DNA of 64,000 bases, taken from assembly GCA_965227295.1 (NCBI GenBank), contig OZ245742.1, positions 1,728,001-1,792,000 on the forward strand, in the 5' to 3' direction. Below the pieces are notes generated by a model. The model was not told the origin of the DNA, did no database searches, and saw nothing but the letters and a program-made list of their open reading frames with translations. The DNA is from Leptonemataceae bacterium. Its GTDB lineage: Bacteria; Spirochaetota; Leptospiria; Leptospirales; Leptonemataceae. Shown here piece by piece: positions 12,044-22,119 of the stretch (position 1 is its first letter; every line of letters begins with the position of its first letter). A program made the position numbers and the translations under genes.

Positions 12044-12073
12044 TCACCTCTGCGCTCCTGCGCTCCTGCGCGG

Positions 12074-12111
12074 AAAAGCCGCCGCTCCGGAATTCCGGGC
12101 GGCGGTTTTTT
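12074..12111 (+). terminator. Intrinsic terminator after hppA
   Basis: GCCGCCGC(T)CCGG-AATT-CCGGGCGGCGG stem followed by a T tract. Confidence 0.8.
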
Positions 12112-12147
12112 CTTTTCAGTGCCGCCGCGAAAAGGTATCTTAACGTT

Positions 12148-12465
12148 ATGGCCGAAAACGAGACGTTAAAGAAGCGCATCTGGGACGAACTGGTGAAAGT
12201 CGAGGATCCGGAGATCGGCATGAGCATCGCCGAGCTGGGTTTGATCTACGATCTGAAGCTGGACGAGAACAACAAGGCCGACATCACCATGACCTTTACG
12301 TCCATGGCCTGCCCGTACGGTCCGCAGCTCAAGGCCGAGGTGCACGCCGCCGCCAGTCGTTTCGAAGAGGTTCCCGAGGTGCACGTCGAGGTGGTCTTCT
12401 CGCCGCCCTGGGACCCGCGGGAAATGGCCAGCGAAGATGCGAAGATGATGCTGGGAATCTATTGA
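12148..12465 (+). CDS. DUF59/SufT metal-sulfur cluster assembly factor
   Basis: V.DPEI...I.ELGLIY, T.TS.ACP and V.SPPW motifs. Confidence 0.88.
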   Translation: MAENETLKKRIWDELVKVEDPEIGMSIAELGLIYDLKLDENNKADITMTFTSMACPYGPQLKAEVHAAASRFEEVPEVHVEVVFSPPWDPREMASEDAKMMLGIY

Positions 12466-13427
12466 ATCATACTTTTCGACACCGCGGTCTTCGCTTCGCC
12501 CGATGCGCCGCTCTTTTGCCGCTGTTCCTGCTCGTCGGCCTCTGCGCGTCCCCCCTGCCGCTGCAGTTGTTCTATCGCCCGCCGGGCACGTTCGTGGAGA
12601 CGTATCGTCGCGCGCCGGGACCGCTGGAACTGGTCGTCTATCCGTCGCCGCGCACGGATGGTGTCGGCCTCGCCCGGGGCGGGGTGATTTTCATTCACGG
12701 CGGGGGCTGGAGCGTGAGCGGCGCCGGTGTGCCGACATTCTCGGACTGGGACCGTCCGTTGCGGGATGCCGGTCTGCGCGCGTTCGCCCTGGAGCATCGT
12801 GTGCCCCCGAAGTACCGCGGGCGGGATCAAATCGAAGACTGCGTCGCCGCCGTAAACTATGTGCGTACGAACGCGGAACGCTTCGGCATTCCCGGCGATC
12901 GCCTGGCCCTGATCGGTTTTTCGTCCGGCGGTCACCTGGCGGTGATGACGGCGCTCAGCATGTCGCGCCCGCGGCCGGGAGTCCGCTCCGTGAACGACAA
13001 CCCCGTGCGCGCCGTAGTTTCATTTTATGCGCCGTTAGACCCGGAAGCGTTGCTCGGAGATTCCGGTGATCCGGAGGTCCGCCGGTTGCTGGTGAACTAT
13101 CTGCCGCGCTTCGATGCGGAAACCGTCGCCGCCGCGGAGGCCACCGAACTGCGTCGCAATTTTTATCGCCGCGCGTTGAACGACGTGTCCCCCGTGAAAC
13201 ATCTTCATCGTTACGCTCCGCCCATGCTGTTGGTCCACGGCGTGAAAGACGAACTCGTACCCATCGAACAGAGCCGCACGTTGTATGCGGCCGCCGTGCA
13301 GGTTCGGCCGGACCTGGCCGTGTTGCGCGAAGTTCCTCGCGGCGACCATCACTTCATTCGCTCGCGAAGCAGATGGGCGCGCGACGTGGAACGCGAAGCG
13401 ATTGAATTTATTGTAGAGCGGATGTAA
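12462..13427 (+). CDS. Alpha/beta hydrolase, HSL-like esterase/lipase
   Basis: HGGGW oxyanion motif, GFSSGG nucleophile elbow, HG.KDELVP and a catalytic His. Confidence 0.85.
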   Translation: MNHTFRHRGLRFARCAALLPLFLLVGLCASPLPLQLFYRPPGTFVETYRRAPGPLELVVYPSPRTDGVGLARGGVIFIHGGGWSVSGAGVPTFSDWDRPLRDAGLRAFALEHRVPPKYRGRDQIEDCVAAVNYVRTNAERFGIPGDRLALIGFSSGGHLAVMTALSMSRPRPGVRSVNDNPVRAVVSFYAPLDPEALLGDSGDPEVRRLLVNYLPRFDAETVAAAEATELRRNFYRRALNDVSPVKHLHRYAPPMLLVHGVKDELVPIEQSRTLYAAAVQVRPDLAVLREVPRGDHHFIRSRSRWARDVEREAIEFIVERM

Positions 13428-14789
13428 TTACAGTCGATCGCGAATCGCTGCCAGAAACTCCAGCACCCGGTTGCAATTGTTGCGCCCGCCTGGCAAATGA
13501 TCCAGGCGGCCGCTGTTGTGATCGCCTTCGGGATTCCAGCGTGGATGAAAGGGCGGATCGGCGGCGACCAGTTGATAGGCCGTCGGTATGACGAAGTCGT
13601 GCCGGAACTCGTTGATGCGCGGCAGACCCGGGGCGAGCCCGGTCTCGTAGTAGCGCACGCGTTCCCGCGCGGCGTCGGAGAGCGTCTCCGGCTTTTGTTC
13701 GCGCATCACCTGTTTCGAAAAGACAGTACGGATCTGTTCGTTGTCGAATCCGCGCATGCTGATACTCAACACACTTTCCAGCCAGCCGGGTAAGCCGTCG
13801 GCGAGGACCTTCGGATTGTCCTGGGCCGTGCCGATCGTGCCGATGGGAATGCGCTGCAACGGATACATGTTTACCGCGTGCAGCACCGTGTGCGGATCGC
13901 TGAGGCGATGGATGCTGAGGTCCCGGAAGGCGTTGTTCGGGACGTCCCGCAGACCGGCCATCCATTTGCGCAAAGACAGCAGAATGCTGCGCAGGGACTC
14001 GACTCCGGCGCGACGGATGAACTCGTCGTACGCAAGAAAGAATTCTTCAAAGGTAAGATTGGTGCGTGTTAGCAGCGGCGAGTGCCGGAGCGCCTGCATG
14101 CGCCAGTTCGGCAGTGTCGTCAGCTGATGCAGCAACGGCCGTAGGATTCGCGTGACTCCGCCCACGATGGCGTCGCGGTTGTCCGGGTTCGCCAGGGGCG
14201 AGCCGTAGTTCGGCGCGGCGACGGTGATGACGGCATGCACGGCGCGGCCCGCAAATACGTGTTCGTCGAGATACGCGAGGTACCGGGCCACGAGGCCGCC
14301 CTGACTGTAGCCGATGAGGATGTTTTCGTACTCGCCGTTTTCCGCGGCTTCTTCGAGGATTTGATAGTAACCGACGGACGGCCGCGTGAGCATGCGCAGC
14401 GTCGGAAAGCCGGGAAAGTTTTCAGGAGCCACGCCCGGGTCCCAGAACCGGGCGTAGTGCTCCATGCCGATGTTTGCATACTTTTCCCGGATGGAGTCGA
14501 GGTCGCCGGCGCGTTCGTCGAAGAGGGAACCCAGGCACTTTACCGGAATCGGCGTGAAGTACTCGTCGTAGCGTTCGTCCTTTTCGAACATGAGGTTCCA
14601 CGACTCTTCTTTCGCGGCGCGCACGATGGCACGTTCCGTCGCGTTCCCGTCGGAGCGATTGTACGGCGTGCGATCACCGAAGACGCAGGTGACGTTTTTT
14701 TCCGCGAAGAGATCGACGATGGCGTGGCGTTTGCCGCGCAGGAGGGTGGACGCCTGATTGAGCGTCCAGATTTTCACTTTCTTCGCCAT
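13428..14789 (-). CDS. Lipase-like alpha/beta hydrolase
   Basis: LIGYSQGGLVARY and ITVAAPNYGSPLA motifs (lipase/PGAP1-like). Confidence 0.75.
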   Translation of the reverse strand: MAKKVKIWTLNQASTLLRGKRHAIVDLFAEKNVTCVFGDRTPYNRSDGNATERAIVRAAKEESWNLMFEKDERYDEYFTPIPVKCLGSLFDERAGDLDSIREKYANIGMEHYARFWDPGVAPENFPGFPTLRMLTRPSVGYYQILEEAAENGEYENILIGYSQGGLVARYLAYLDEHVFAGRAVHAVITVAAPNYGSPLANPDNRDAIVGGVTRILRPLLHQLTTLPNWRMQALRHSPLLTRTNLTFEEFFLAYDEFIRRAGVESLRSILLSLRKWMAGLRDVPNNAFRDLSIHRLSDPHTVLHAVNMYPLQRIPIGTIGTAQDNPKVLADGLPGWLESVLSISMRGFDNEQIRTVFSKQVMREQKPETLSDAARERVRYYETGLAPGLPRINEFRHDFVIPTAYQLVAADPPFHPRWNPEGDHNSGRLDHLPGGRNNCNRVLEFLAAIRDRL

Positions 14790-14847
14790 GTCTTCTGGAG
14801 GGTGACCCCGCCGGGATGTCGGTCAATCACAATCAGCGAAAAAGTGC

Positions 14848-15954
14848 TTACATTAATATGAACTCAGTAACTATTTGCAGGGCATTTTTATGGAGCGGGG
14901 TGAGAGGGTTCATGCGATCCAGGACGAGGGGAAGACCACTGTGAATTTTTTCCGCCGGTTTGAGAAAATGATTCATGTCCTCGATTTGCACATAGCGATA
15001 CTGAGTCGGCGGCACGCCGCTCACGCGCAGGGCGTCCGCCTGGGTTTGCGGCAGCTCCTCGTCGGTGCCGCCGGTGAGATGCAGCACGGGAACACCGGCG
15101 GATGTCAGTCGACGAATGCCCCGGGAAAATTCGATTGTCCGGGCCGGCTCACGAAACGAACGCAGATCCTCCGAAGCGATGTACTCCATCGTCGCGCGGA
15201 AGGCGAGCAGGTCCGGGTGACCCGCAAAATCACCGGGTGTGTCCGCGGGATCCATGAGGGTTTCATGTTCGCGGAAATAGCGCCATTCCTGTTGCGCCCG
15301 GGCGACGAGTTCCGGGGCGGCGCCGCTGCGTTGCATGTTATGCAACACCTTTGCGCCCCAGTGATCCAGCATCGTTCCCGGTCCACCGCAGGCCAGCAGG
15401 ACAAGGCCGTCCAGTTCTCGGGTTGGAACGTAACGTTCGAAAGACAGCAGGCTCAGATTGCAACCGGAATCATGGGCGAGCAGGTACATCCCGCTCGCCC
15501 GCAGCTCCGCGCGGAGTACCGCGGCGTAGTCGAATACGGCACTAAGATCATCTGCCTGGAGATTAAGATCGTGAACGCTTTTGGTCGAGGCCCGGGAACT
15601 CCCCGTGCCGCGGTGATCGTAGCGCACGCTGTGAATGCCCGCGCCGCCGAGCCAGCGCGCCAGGCGTCGGCCGCTGTCGAAGTCGAACGAGCGTGAATTC
15701 CAGTCCCGGTCCAGGCTGCGATCGGCGACGAAGAGGACCAGCGGACGCCCGGGCGCCGGATCTCCGGAAGGCGCGGTGGCATAAACAATGCTTCCGGCAA
15801 TGCGGCCGGCGTCGGCCGAAGTCAGCTCGAAATCTTCCGCGCGAACGGAAAAATCCGTCGGCACGTCGTCGGGGGTATATAAGAAGACAACGCCCCAATA
15901 GAGAGCGATGGGCAGAAATACCACGCCGAGAGTCAGAAAGATAAACGTGCGCAC
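14848..15954 (-). CDS. Membrane-anchored alpha/beta hydrolase-fold protein with atypical nucleophile motif
   Basis: N-terminal TM helix, RYDHRGTGSS, LLAHDSG at the elbow, G..DE and MNHFLK. Confidence 0.75.
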   Translation of the reverse strand: MRTFIFLTLGVVFLPIALYWGVVFLYTPDDVPTDFSVRAEDFELTSADAGRIAGSIVYATAPSGDPAPGRPLVLFVADRSLDRDWNSRSFDFDSGRRLARWLGGAGIHSVRYDHRGTGSSRASTKSVHDLNLQADDLSAVFDYAAVLRAELRASGMYLLAHDSGCNLSLLSFERYVPTRELDGLVLLACGGPGTMLDHWGAKVLHNMQRSGAAPELVARAQQEWRYFREHETLMDPADTPGDFAGHPDLLAFRATMEYIASEDLRSFREPARTIEFSRGIRRLTSAGVPVLHLTGGTDEELPQTQADALRVSGVPPTQYRYVQIEDMNHFLKPAEKIHSGLPLVLDRMNPLTPLHKNALQIVTEFILM

Positions 15955-16040
15955 CTGGATGTACGAAATATTTTACCGGCCTTGCGGTAAACCGTTTCTA
16001 CTGGACAAACGCGCGGGCGTTGTCCGATGTCGTTCCCGTC

Positions 16041-16853
16041 ATGCGCAGTGCTTTTGTTTCTCTCATTGTCCTCATCACTCTGTCCTGCGGCGAGTCTCAA
16101 GCCTGGCAGGAATTATCCGGCGGCCTGAAGTACCGCGACCTGAAGACCGGAGCCGGCCGATCGCCGGAGAAAGGCGATTACGTCGGAGTGTTGTATACGG
16201 GATGGATTGAAGAGAGCGGCGAAGAGTTCGATCGTCTCGACGATGCGAAGCGGCCGTTTCGTTTCGCCTTCGGAGAGGGCCAGGTCATCGAGGGCTGGGA
16301 CCAGGGGCTCGCCGGCATTCAAAGCGGCGGTGAACGTGAGCTGCTCATTCCGCCGGAACTGGCCTACGGTGAGGCGGGCTCCGGGCCGATCCCGCCGAAT
16401 GCAACGCTGCGCTTTCGCATAAAGCTCATCCAGGTTCAACCGGCACCGAAACCCTGGCCGGTGAAAGACGAGCAGGTTCATGAAACACCGTCGGGCTTGA
16501 AGTACATCGTCTACGACGAGGGCCAGGGCGAACGGCCGGAGCCGGGGGACATGGTGGTCTTTCACTCGTCGGGTTTCTTCGCGGACGGCACGCTCTTCGA
16601 TTCGTCAAAGATCCGTGCGACGCCGGTCCACTTTCTCGTGGGGAGCGGCGATGTGATTCCCGGCTGGGATGAAGGTCTGCAACTCATGCGACCGTACGCG
16701 CGCTACAAGCTCATGATCCCTCCACATCTGGCGTACGGCAAAAACGGTGCGGGACCGATTCCCGGTGATGCGACGTTGCACTTTGATGTTCAATTGTTGC
16801 GGGTTACAAATCCGGATGCACCGGAGTTCCAGCAGAAGCCGTCCGCGCCCTGA
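16041..16853 (+). CDS. Tandem FKBP-type peptidyl-prolyl isomerase (lipoprotein)
   Basis: Two FKBP domains (VI.GWD.G, IPPxLAYG, IP.xATL.F) and an LSC lipobox. Confidence 0.92.
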   Translation: MRSAFVSLIVLITLSCGESQAWQELSGGLKYRDLKTGAGRSPEKGDYVGVLYTGWIEESGEEFDRLDDAKRPFRFAFGEGQVIEGWDQGLAGIQSGGERELLIPPELAYGEAGSGPIPPNATLRFRIKLIQVQPAPKPWPVKDEQVHETPSGLKYIVYDEGQGERPEPGDMVVFHSSGFFADGTLFDSSKIRATPVHFLVGSGDVIPGWDEGLQLMRPYARYKLMIPPHLAYGKNGAGPIPGDATLHFDVQLLRVTNPDAPEFQQKPSAP

Positions 16854-17919
16854 AGCGGCGCGGGTTTTCTCCGGCAAAACGCCGGAAGGCCTTGTGAAAC
16901 GCGGAGCGTGAATTAAAACCCACCGCAAAGGCGACCGAGAGTACGCTGCGGTCCGGCTCCTGTAACAATAACTGCTGCGCGGCCTGCACCCGGTACGCGT
17001 TCACGTACTGGTGGAAATTCCGACCCAGGCGTTCATTGAGAATCTGCGAAAGCTGATGCGGGCCGATGTCGAGTTGATTCGCGAGGGACTGCAGGCTCAA
17101 GTCCTCGTCCGCGAAGGCCTGCTCATCCACCATGTACGCTTCCAGTCGGGCCACGATTCCATCCACGTCCAGGCCGTTGATGCGCGAGCGTTCGTAGCGC
17201 AGGCGTCGCGCGCTTTCGCGGACGTCGTGCATCATGTTCGGGTACCACTGCGTAAGAATGAAGAGCGCGAAAATTAACGGCGGGAGCATGCCGGCGCTCA
17301 AGCGTACCAGTTCCGCCCTGCGCAACGCATAACCGGCGAGTCCGGTGCTGAGCGCGATGTAGACGACGATCAAGAAAATCACCAGCATGCGTCGTTCGCT
17401 CGCGCGCGTATCGCCGGGAGTGCGCAGCACCGCGATGAGTCGCGGAAGAAACACGCTCAGATAAATGGTGGTCGATAGCTTGGGGCCCGCGTTCAAAAGC
17501 ATGAGTATCAGAAAGTACGGGCCCTGCCGTTCCGTGAGCAAGGCCGTCTTTTCCGCCGCGGGCTGCACGTAAAAGGGCAACGCGATGCCGAGGACTACCA
17601 GACACGGCACAAAGTGCAACCACGGCAGAGACGGCTGCGTTTGTTCGAATACAATGCGACTGCAATAGAAGTACAGGAGCGGGCCGATGGCATACAACGG
17701 CGGCAGATGGACGAACGCCAGGTGAACGTTTTCGCGCGCGAGTCCTGAAAAAAACACGGCGCCGAACAACATCCACAGCCCGCTGAGGCCCAGGAGTCCC
17801 GCCAGCATATGTCGGCCTGGCCGATCGCCCTGGCCGCGCAGGATGCCCAGGGCCCAGACAAACGCGAAGACGGCTCCGCCCCAGAGCACGGACGAAAGCA
17901 GCGGATGCTCCACGTTCAT
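16804..17919 (-). CDS. Membrane-anchored (7TM-like) AraC-family regulator
   Basis: Multi-TM N-terminus and a C-terminal AraC HTH (LS..LN......F..YVN.YRV..A; VGFNSRSAF..AF). Confidence 0.9.
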   Translation of the reverse strand: MNVEHPLLSSVLWGGAVFAFVWALGILRGQGDRPGRHMLAGLLGLSGLWMLFGAVFFSGLARENVHLAFVHLPPLYAIGPLLYFYCSRIVFEQTQPSLPWLHFVPCLVVLGIALPFYVQPAAEKTALLTERQGPYFLILMLLNAGPKLSTTIYLSVFLPRLIAVLRTPGDTRASERRMLVIFLIVVYIALSTGLAGYALRRAELVRLSAGMLPPLIFALFILTQWYPNMMHDVRESARRLRYERSRINGLDVDGIVARLEAYMVDEQAFADEDLSLQSLANQLDIGPHQLSQILNERLGRNFHQYVNAYRVQAAQQLLLQEPDRSVLSVAFAVGFNSRSAFHKAFRRFAGENPRRFRARTASAGTPVHPDL

Positions 17920-17987
17920 GTCAGGATCCTTGCGGGATTGTGGGGCCTGTCAAGGCAATCCGCGCCCGGCGATTCGGGCCGATGTCT

Positions 17988-18063
17988 CGAATCATACATC
18001 GAGCGTTTGCCGGAGGCGCGAATCATACATCCGGCCGACGGCGGTTCGTGAATCCGATACAAT
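17988..18063 (+). promoter_or_regulatory. Direct-repeat operator plus -10 box upstream of the acyl-CoA ligase
   Basis: CGAATCATACATC occurs at 17988-18000 and 18019-18031 (31 bp period), with TACAAT at 18058-18063. Confidence 0.6.
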
Positions 18064-18069
18064 GCGCGC

Positions 18070-20007
18070 ATGCAAACACGACAGGACATGCGAGACCTTA
18101 CACAACTTTTACGGGCCACGGTAGAACGCCACGGAACCCGGCCGGCCTTCGCCCGGCGCGGTTCCGGCAAAGAATTTCTCGCCGTAACTTACGAAGAACT
18201 TTACGAACGGGTCCTGGCCCTGGGCACCGCGTTAATTCAACACTGCGGCCTGGCGCCCCGGGAGCATGTCGGCCTCATCGCCGACAATCGTCTGGAATGG
18301 ATCATCGCGGACCTGGCCGTGATCTGCGCCGGAGCCGCGGACGTGCCGCGCGGCGCCGATGCCACCGACGGGGACCTCGAGTACATCCTACCGCACGCCG
18401 GCGCGCGGATCGTCTTTCTGGAAAATTCCGCCTTGTTGTCCCGGGTGCTTGCCGCGCACGATCGTTATCCCGGCGTCGAACACTGGATTCTTATGAGCGG
18501 TTCCGCTCCCGATCACGCGGACTTCCATGCCTTCGACGAGCTGCTCGATCTGGGCCGCCGTCTGCGCAAAGACGGCGATCGTACCATGGAGGAGCGCATG
18601 GCCGGAGTCCGGCCGGAAGATCTGTTTACCTTGATCTACACGTCCGGAACCACCGGCGCCCCGAAAGGCGTCATGCTCAGCCACGACAACGTCATGTCCC
18701 AGGTGCGCAATCTGCCCCTGGCACTAACATCTACGGACCGAATGTTATCGATCCTGCCCATCTGGCACATCTTTGAGCGCGCCCTGGAGATCGCCTCCAT
18801 CGCCGGCGGAGCCTGTACGTATTACACGAACGTGCGCAACATCCGCGATGATCTGCGCACGGTGCGGCCCACAGTCCTCGGTTCGGCGCCGCGACTCTGG
18901 GAGAACCTGTACAACGCCATCTTGCAGAAGGTTTCCGAGGGCCGGCCCGTGCAACGCATGCTCTTTCACGCGGCCTACCGTACGGCGCAGCGTTTTTATG
19001 CGGCCGTCCGCCGTTTGCGTGGAACCGCGCTGCGTTTACAGGGCGGTGAAGGATGGGGCCTGCGTCTGCTGCGCCGTGCCGGCAGTGTCGTTACGATATT
19101 GGTGTTCGCGATTCCGTACTTCGTACTGGATCGCATCGTGCTGAAAAAGATTCGCGCGGTAACCGGCGGCGTCATGCGCGGATCGTTATCCGGCGGCGGG
19201 GCGTTGCCCGAGCACATCGACCGATTCTTTAACGACATCGGCATTCCGGTACTTGAAGGCTACGGACTTACGGAGACCTCGCCCATCTTAAGCATGCGTA
19301 CGTTCGATCATCTGGTCATCGGAACCGCGGGGGACGTCTTCCCCGGTACCGACCTGCGATTGGTGGACCTGAAAACCGGCGAAGTCGTATTTGAAACCGG
19401 TTCCCCCAACGTGCGTACGATCGGCGCGCCCGGCGAGATTCACGCGCGCGGTCCGCAGGTGATGCAGGGTTACTATCGTAATCCGGAGGCCACCCGCCGG
19501 GTCCTCGACGGGGACGGCTGGTTCAACACCGGCGACATCGGACTCATGACCGCCAACGGTTGCCTGAAAATCATCGGTCGTTCGAAAGAAACGATCGTCC
19601 TTTCCGGCGGCGAAAACGTGGAACCGGTGCCCGTCGAAAACACGCTCCAGCAATCGCCGTACATCGATCAGTGCATGTTGATCGGCCAGGACCGCAAGTA
19701 CCTGGCGGCGCTGATCGTGCCGTCCGCGGCCGCGCTGGAAGAGTTCCAGTGCGTCGATCTCGCGGAGGCCGCGGAGAATGCCGCGCTGAAGCAGCGTATC
19801 GGCGTCGAGATCCGCGGGCTGGTAAATGCGGAGCACGGCTTCAAGTCTTTCGAGCGCGTGGCGGACTTCGTGATTTTGCCGGTGCCGTTCCGGGTCGGTG
19901 AAGAACTGACGGCCAAGATGTCTCTGCGCCGCCATGTCATTACGGAGAGGTATGCATCGCTTATCGAACAGGTGTATGCCCGCCGGGAGGTGAGTCGCCG
20001 CGTGTGA
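18070..20007 (+). CDS. fadD: Long-chain fatty acid--CoA ligase (FadD-like)
   Basis: IYTSGTTGAPKGV, EGYGLTET, GWFNTGDIG and GENVEP motifs. Confidence 0.88.
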   Translation: MQTRQDMRDLTQLLRATVERHGTRPAFARRGSGKEFLAVTYEELYERVLALGTALIQHCGLAPREHVGLIADNRLEWIIADLAVICAGAADVPRGADATDGDLEYILPHAGARIVFLENSALLSRVLAAHDRYPGVEHWILMSGSAPDHADFHAFDELLDLGRRLRKDGDRTMEERMAGVRPEDLFTLIYTSGTTGAPKGVMLSHDNVMSQVRNLPLALTSTDRMLSILPIWHIFERALEIASIAGGACTYYTNVRNIRDDLRTVRPTVLGSAPRLWENLYNAILQKVSEGRPVQRMLFHAAYRTAQRFYAAVRRLRGTALRLQGGEGWGLRLLRRAGSVVTILVFAIPYFVLDRIVLKKIRAVTGGVMRGSLSGGGALPEHIDRFFNDIGIPVLEGYGLTETSPILSMRTFDHLVIGTAGDVFPGTDLRLVDLKTGEVVFETGSPNVRTIGAPGEIHARGPQVMQGYYRNPEATRRVLDGDGWFNTGDIGLMTANGCLKIIGRSKETIVLSGGENVEPVPVENTLQQSPYIDQCMLIGQDRKYLAALIVPSAAALEEFQCVDLAEAAENAALKQRIGVEIRGLVNAEHGFKSFERVADFVILPVPFRVGEELTAKMSLRRHVITERYASLIEQVYARREVSRRV

Positions 20008-20181
20008 GCGCGGCGGCTTCGGATTTTTTCTGATTGTTAGTTTTTTGTTCAGAAAAGGGTTGCAATCTCCGGCAAGCATCGTAAAAACGGAAGGAATGTT
20101 CATTCCGCACCATTGGCGCGGGTGAGCAAATATATACGATAGTGTGTTCCCGGTCGCTTGCGGCCGGTTCAGGAGAGTATC

Positions 20182-22086
20182 ATGCGAACGTTCGGATTTC
20201 CGAAACTCGCCGTACCGGCTCTTTTGACGGTACTGGTCAGTCCTTTTATCATGGGCTTCAAGCCCCCGCCCGCGCCGGCGGTCTCGCCTTCTACGGCGAC
20301 CCTGGCGGCGGATCCTCTGCCATTCGCCCTCGGCTCCGTCGACGGCTACGGTGACTATCACATTCACCAGCTCTCTTCGCTGGGTTACGACGGCCGTCTG
20401 CTCTGGGGCAGCTACCAGGGTTCGGAAGGCACGGCTTTGAAATCGTGCAGCGGTCACAACCACGCCGTGAACTGGATTCCCGGCTTCGTCACGAATCTCT
20501 TTCATCAGGCCGAAGTCGGCATGCATACCTTCGGCACGAAGGGCTACGACAGCAACTCCTCGAAGCGCTACAAAGACTGGCCGCTCTGGAAGACCGTTAC
20601 GCACCAGCAGGTGTGGGAGGGCTGGCTCAAGAAAGCCCACGACGACGGCCTGAATCTGATCGTCATGTCCGCCGTAAACTTTCGGTATATCTGCGGCATC
20701 ATGCCGGCGGCGCGGGGCTTTGATGATCGCTCCGGCGGCGTCAAGCCGTGCGACGACATGAAGAACGTACGCCGGCAGATTATTGCGGCGAAAGAATTTG
20801 CCGCCGCGCGTTCGTGGTATGAGATTGTTCTGACGCCGGAGCACGCTCGCCGCGCCATCCAGGAAGGCAAGCTGGCCGTGGTGCTCGCCATCGAAACCAG
20901 CGAGATCTTCAAAGACGTCGATAACGAAACCGAACTGCGGGCGGCACTGAACGAGTACTACGATCTCGGTGTGCGTTCCATTCAGCCGGTGCACGAACTG
21001 GATAATCAGTTCTCCGGCACGGCCTACTTCCAGGGCCTCTTCGACATCGTACAGGCCTTCGTGAACGTCAAAGAATGGGCCGGCTCCGGTTTCTCCGGCG
21101 GCATCGACGAACTATCCAACGCCATTAAGGGCATTCAGTTAGATTCTAACGATCATAACGTTAAAGGACTGTCGCCGCTCGGCAAGCGCTTTATTCAGTT
21201 GATGATGGACAAGAAGATGGTCGTGGACCTGGCGCACATGTCCCAGCGCGCGTTTAACGATACCTACAACATCGCCGTGCAGAACGATTACTATCCCCTG
21301 CTGCTCTCCCACGGCCACTACCGTGAGATGTACACGGGCAAGAAGGTGGACGAGAAGAAAGTCTCGCCGGACGGCATTCGCAAGATCAAACGCACCGGCG
21401 GTATCTTCGGCCTGCGCACCGGCAACGAGCGGCGCCGGACCTACACGCGTTCCGGTGTGGCGAACAACTGCTCCGGTTCGACTCGCTCCTGGGCGCAGTC
21501 GTACATGCTCGGCGCTGTCGGTTACGGCATTCCCCAGGGTTTCGCCAGCGACATGAACGGCTTCATCGATCAGATTCGTCCGCGTTACTACGACTCGGGC
21601 AGCAAGTGGTCCGGCAACGATCCGAAGAAATGGGCGTGCGGCAGCGATGCCAATCATCCCGAGGCGGAACTGGCGCAGCAGCAACAGGGCAACCGCTTCT
21701 CCAACGGCACCGGTACCGACTTCGACCTCATCGGTTACGCGCACATCGGTCTTACGAAGCAGGTCATTCGTGATCTGAACAAACTGGGCGTCGCCACCGT
21801 ACAGCTCGAAGATTCCGCTGAGTCCTTCCTGGGCATGTGGGACCGGGCCTACTCCCCGAGCCGTGGTCCCGAGAGCAACACGATCGACAACAGCGGGATC
21901 GTTACCGAGCACAGCGACGAAAAGTGCCCGGGTCTGCGCACGAAGCTGGGTAGCTACAGCGCGAAGCCGGTCTGCAAGGCCCTGCCGCACTTCAAGATCA
22001 AAGAGCGCAAGTGCGACGGCAGCAAGTGGAACGGCTACTGCATCTGGAATAAGGGCAGTTGGTACAAGGCCCGCCAGTTGAAGTAA
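20182..22086 (+). CDS. Secreted peptidase M19/membrane dipeptidase-like amidohydrolase with Cys-rich C-terminal module
   Basis: AGGAG RBS, signal peptide, and metal-ligand motifs DYHIH, VLAIE, PVHELDN, VDLAHMS, SHGH and SDMNG. Confidence 0.8.
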   Translation: MRTFGFPKLAVPALLTVLVSPFIMGFKPPPAPAVSPSTATLAADPLPFALGSVDGYGDYHIHQLSSLGYDGRLLWGSYQGSEGTALKSCSGHNHAVNWIPGFVTNLFHQAEVGMHTFGTKGYDSNSSKRYKDWPLWKTVTHQQVWEGWLKKAHDDGLNLIVMSAVNFRYICGIMPAARGFDDRSGGVKPCDDMKNVRRQIIAAKEFAAARSWYEIVLTPEHARRAIQEGKLAVVLAIETSEIFKDVDNETELRAALNEYYDLGVRSIQPVHELDNQFSGTAYFQGLFDIVQAFVNVKEWAGSGFSGGIDELSNAIKGIQLDSNDHNVKGLSPLGKRFIQLMMDKKMVVDLAHMSQRAFNDTYNIAVQNDYYPLLLSHGHYREMYTGKKVDEKKVSPDGIRKIKRTGGIFGLRTGNERRRTYTRSGVANNCSGSTRSWAQSYMLGAVGYGIPQGFASDMNGFIDQIRPRYYDSGSKWSGNDPKKWACGSDANHPEAELAQQQQGNRFSNGTGTDFDLIGYAHIGLTKQVIRDLNKLGVATVQLEDSAESFLGMWDRAYSPSRGPESNTIDNSGIVTEHSDEKCPGLRTKLGSYSAKPVCKALPHFKIKERKCDGSKWNGYCIWNKGSWYKARQLK

Positions 22087-22119
22087 GATTCATCGGGTAA
22101 TCTTTAGCAAACGATTCTT

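Noticed and set aside
12048-12071. Short CTGCGCTC tandem repeat after hppA
   Set aside because: Only about 2.5 units with no spacers. It is not a CRISPR array and is probably slippage next to the terminator.
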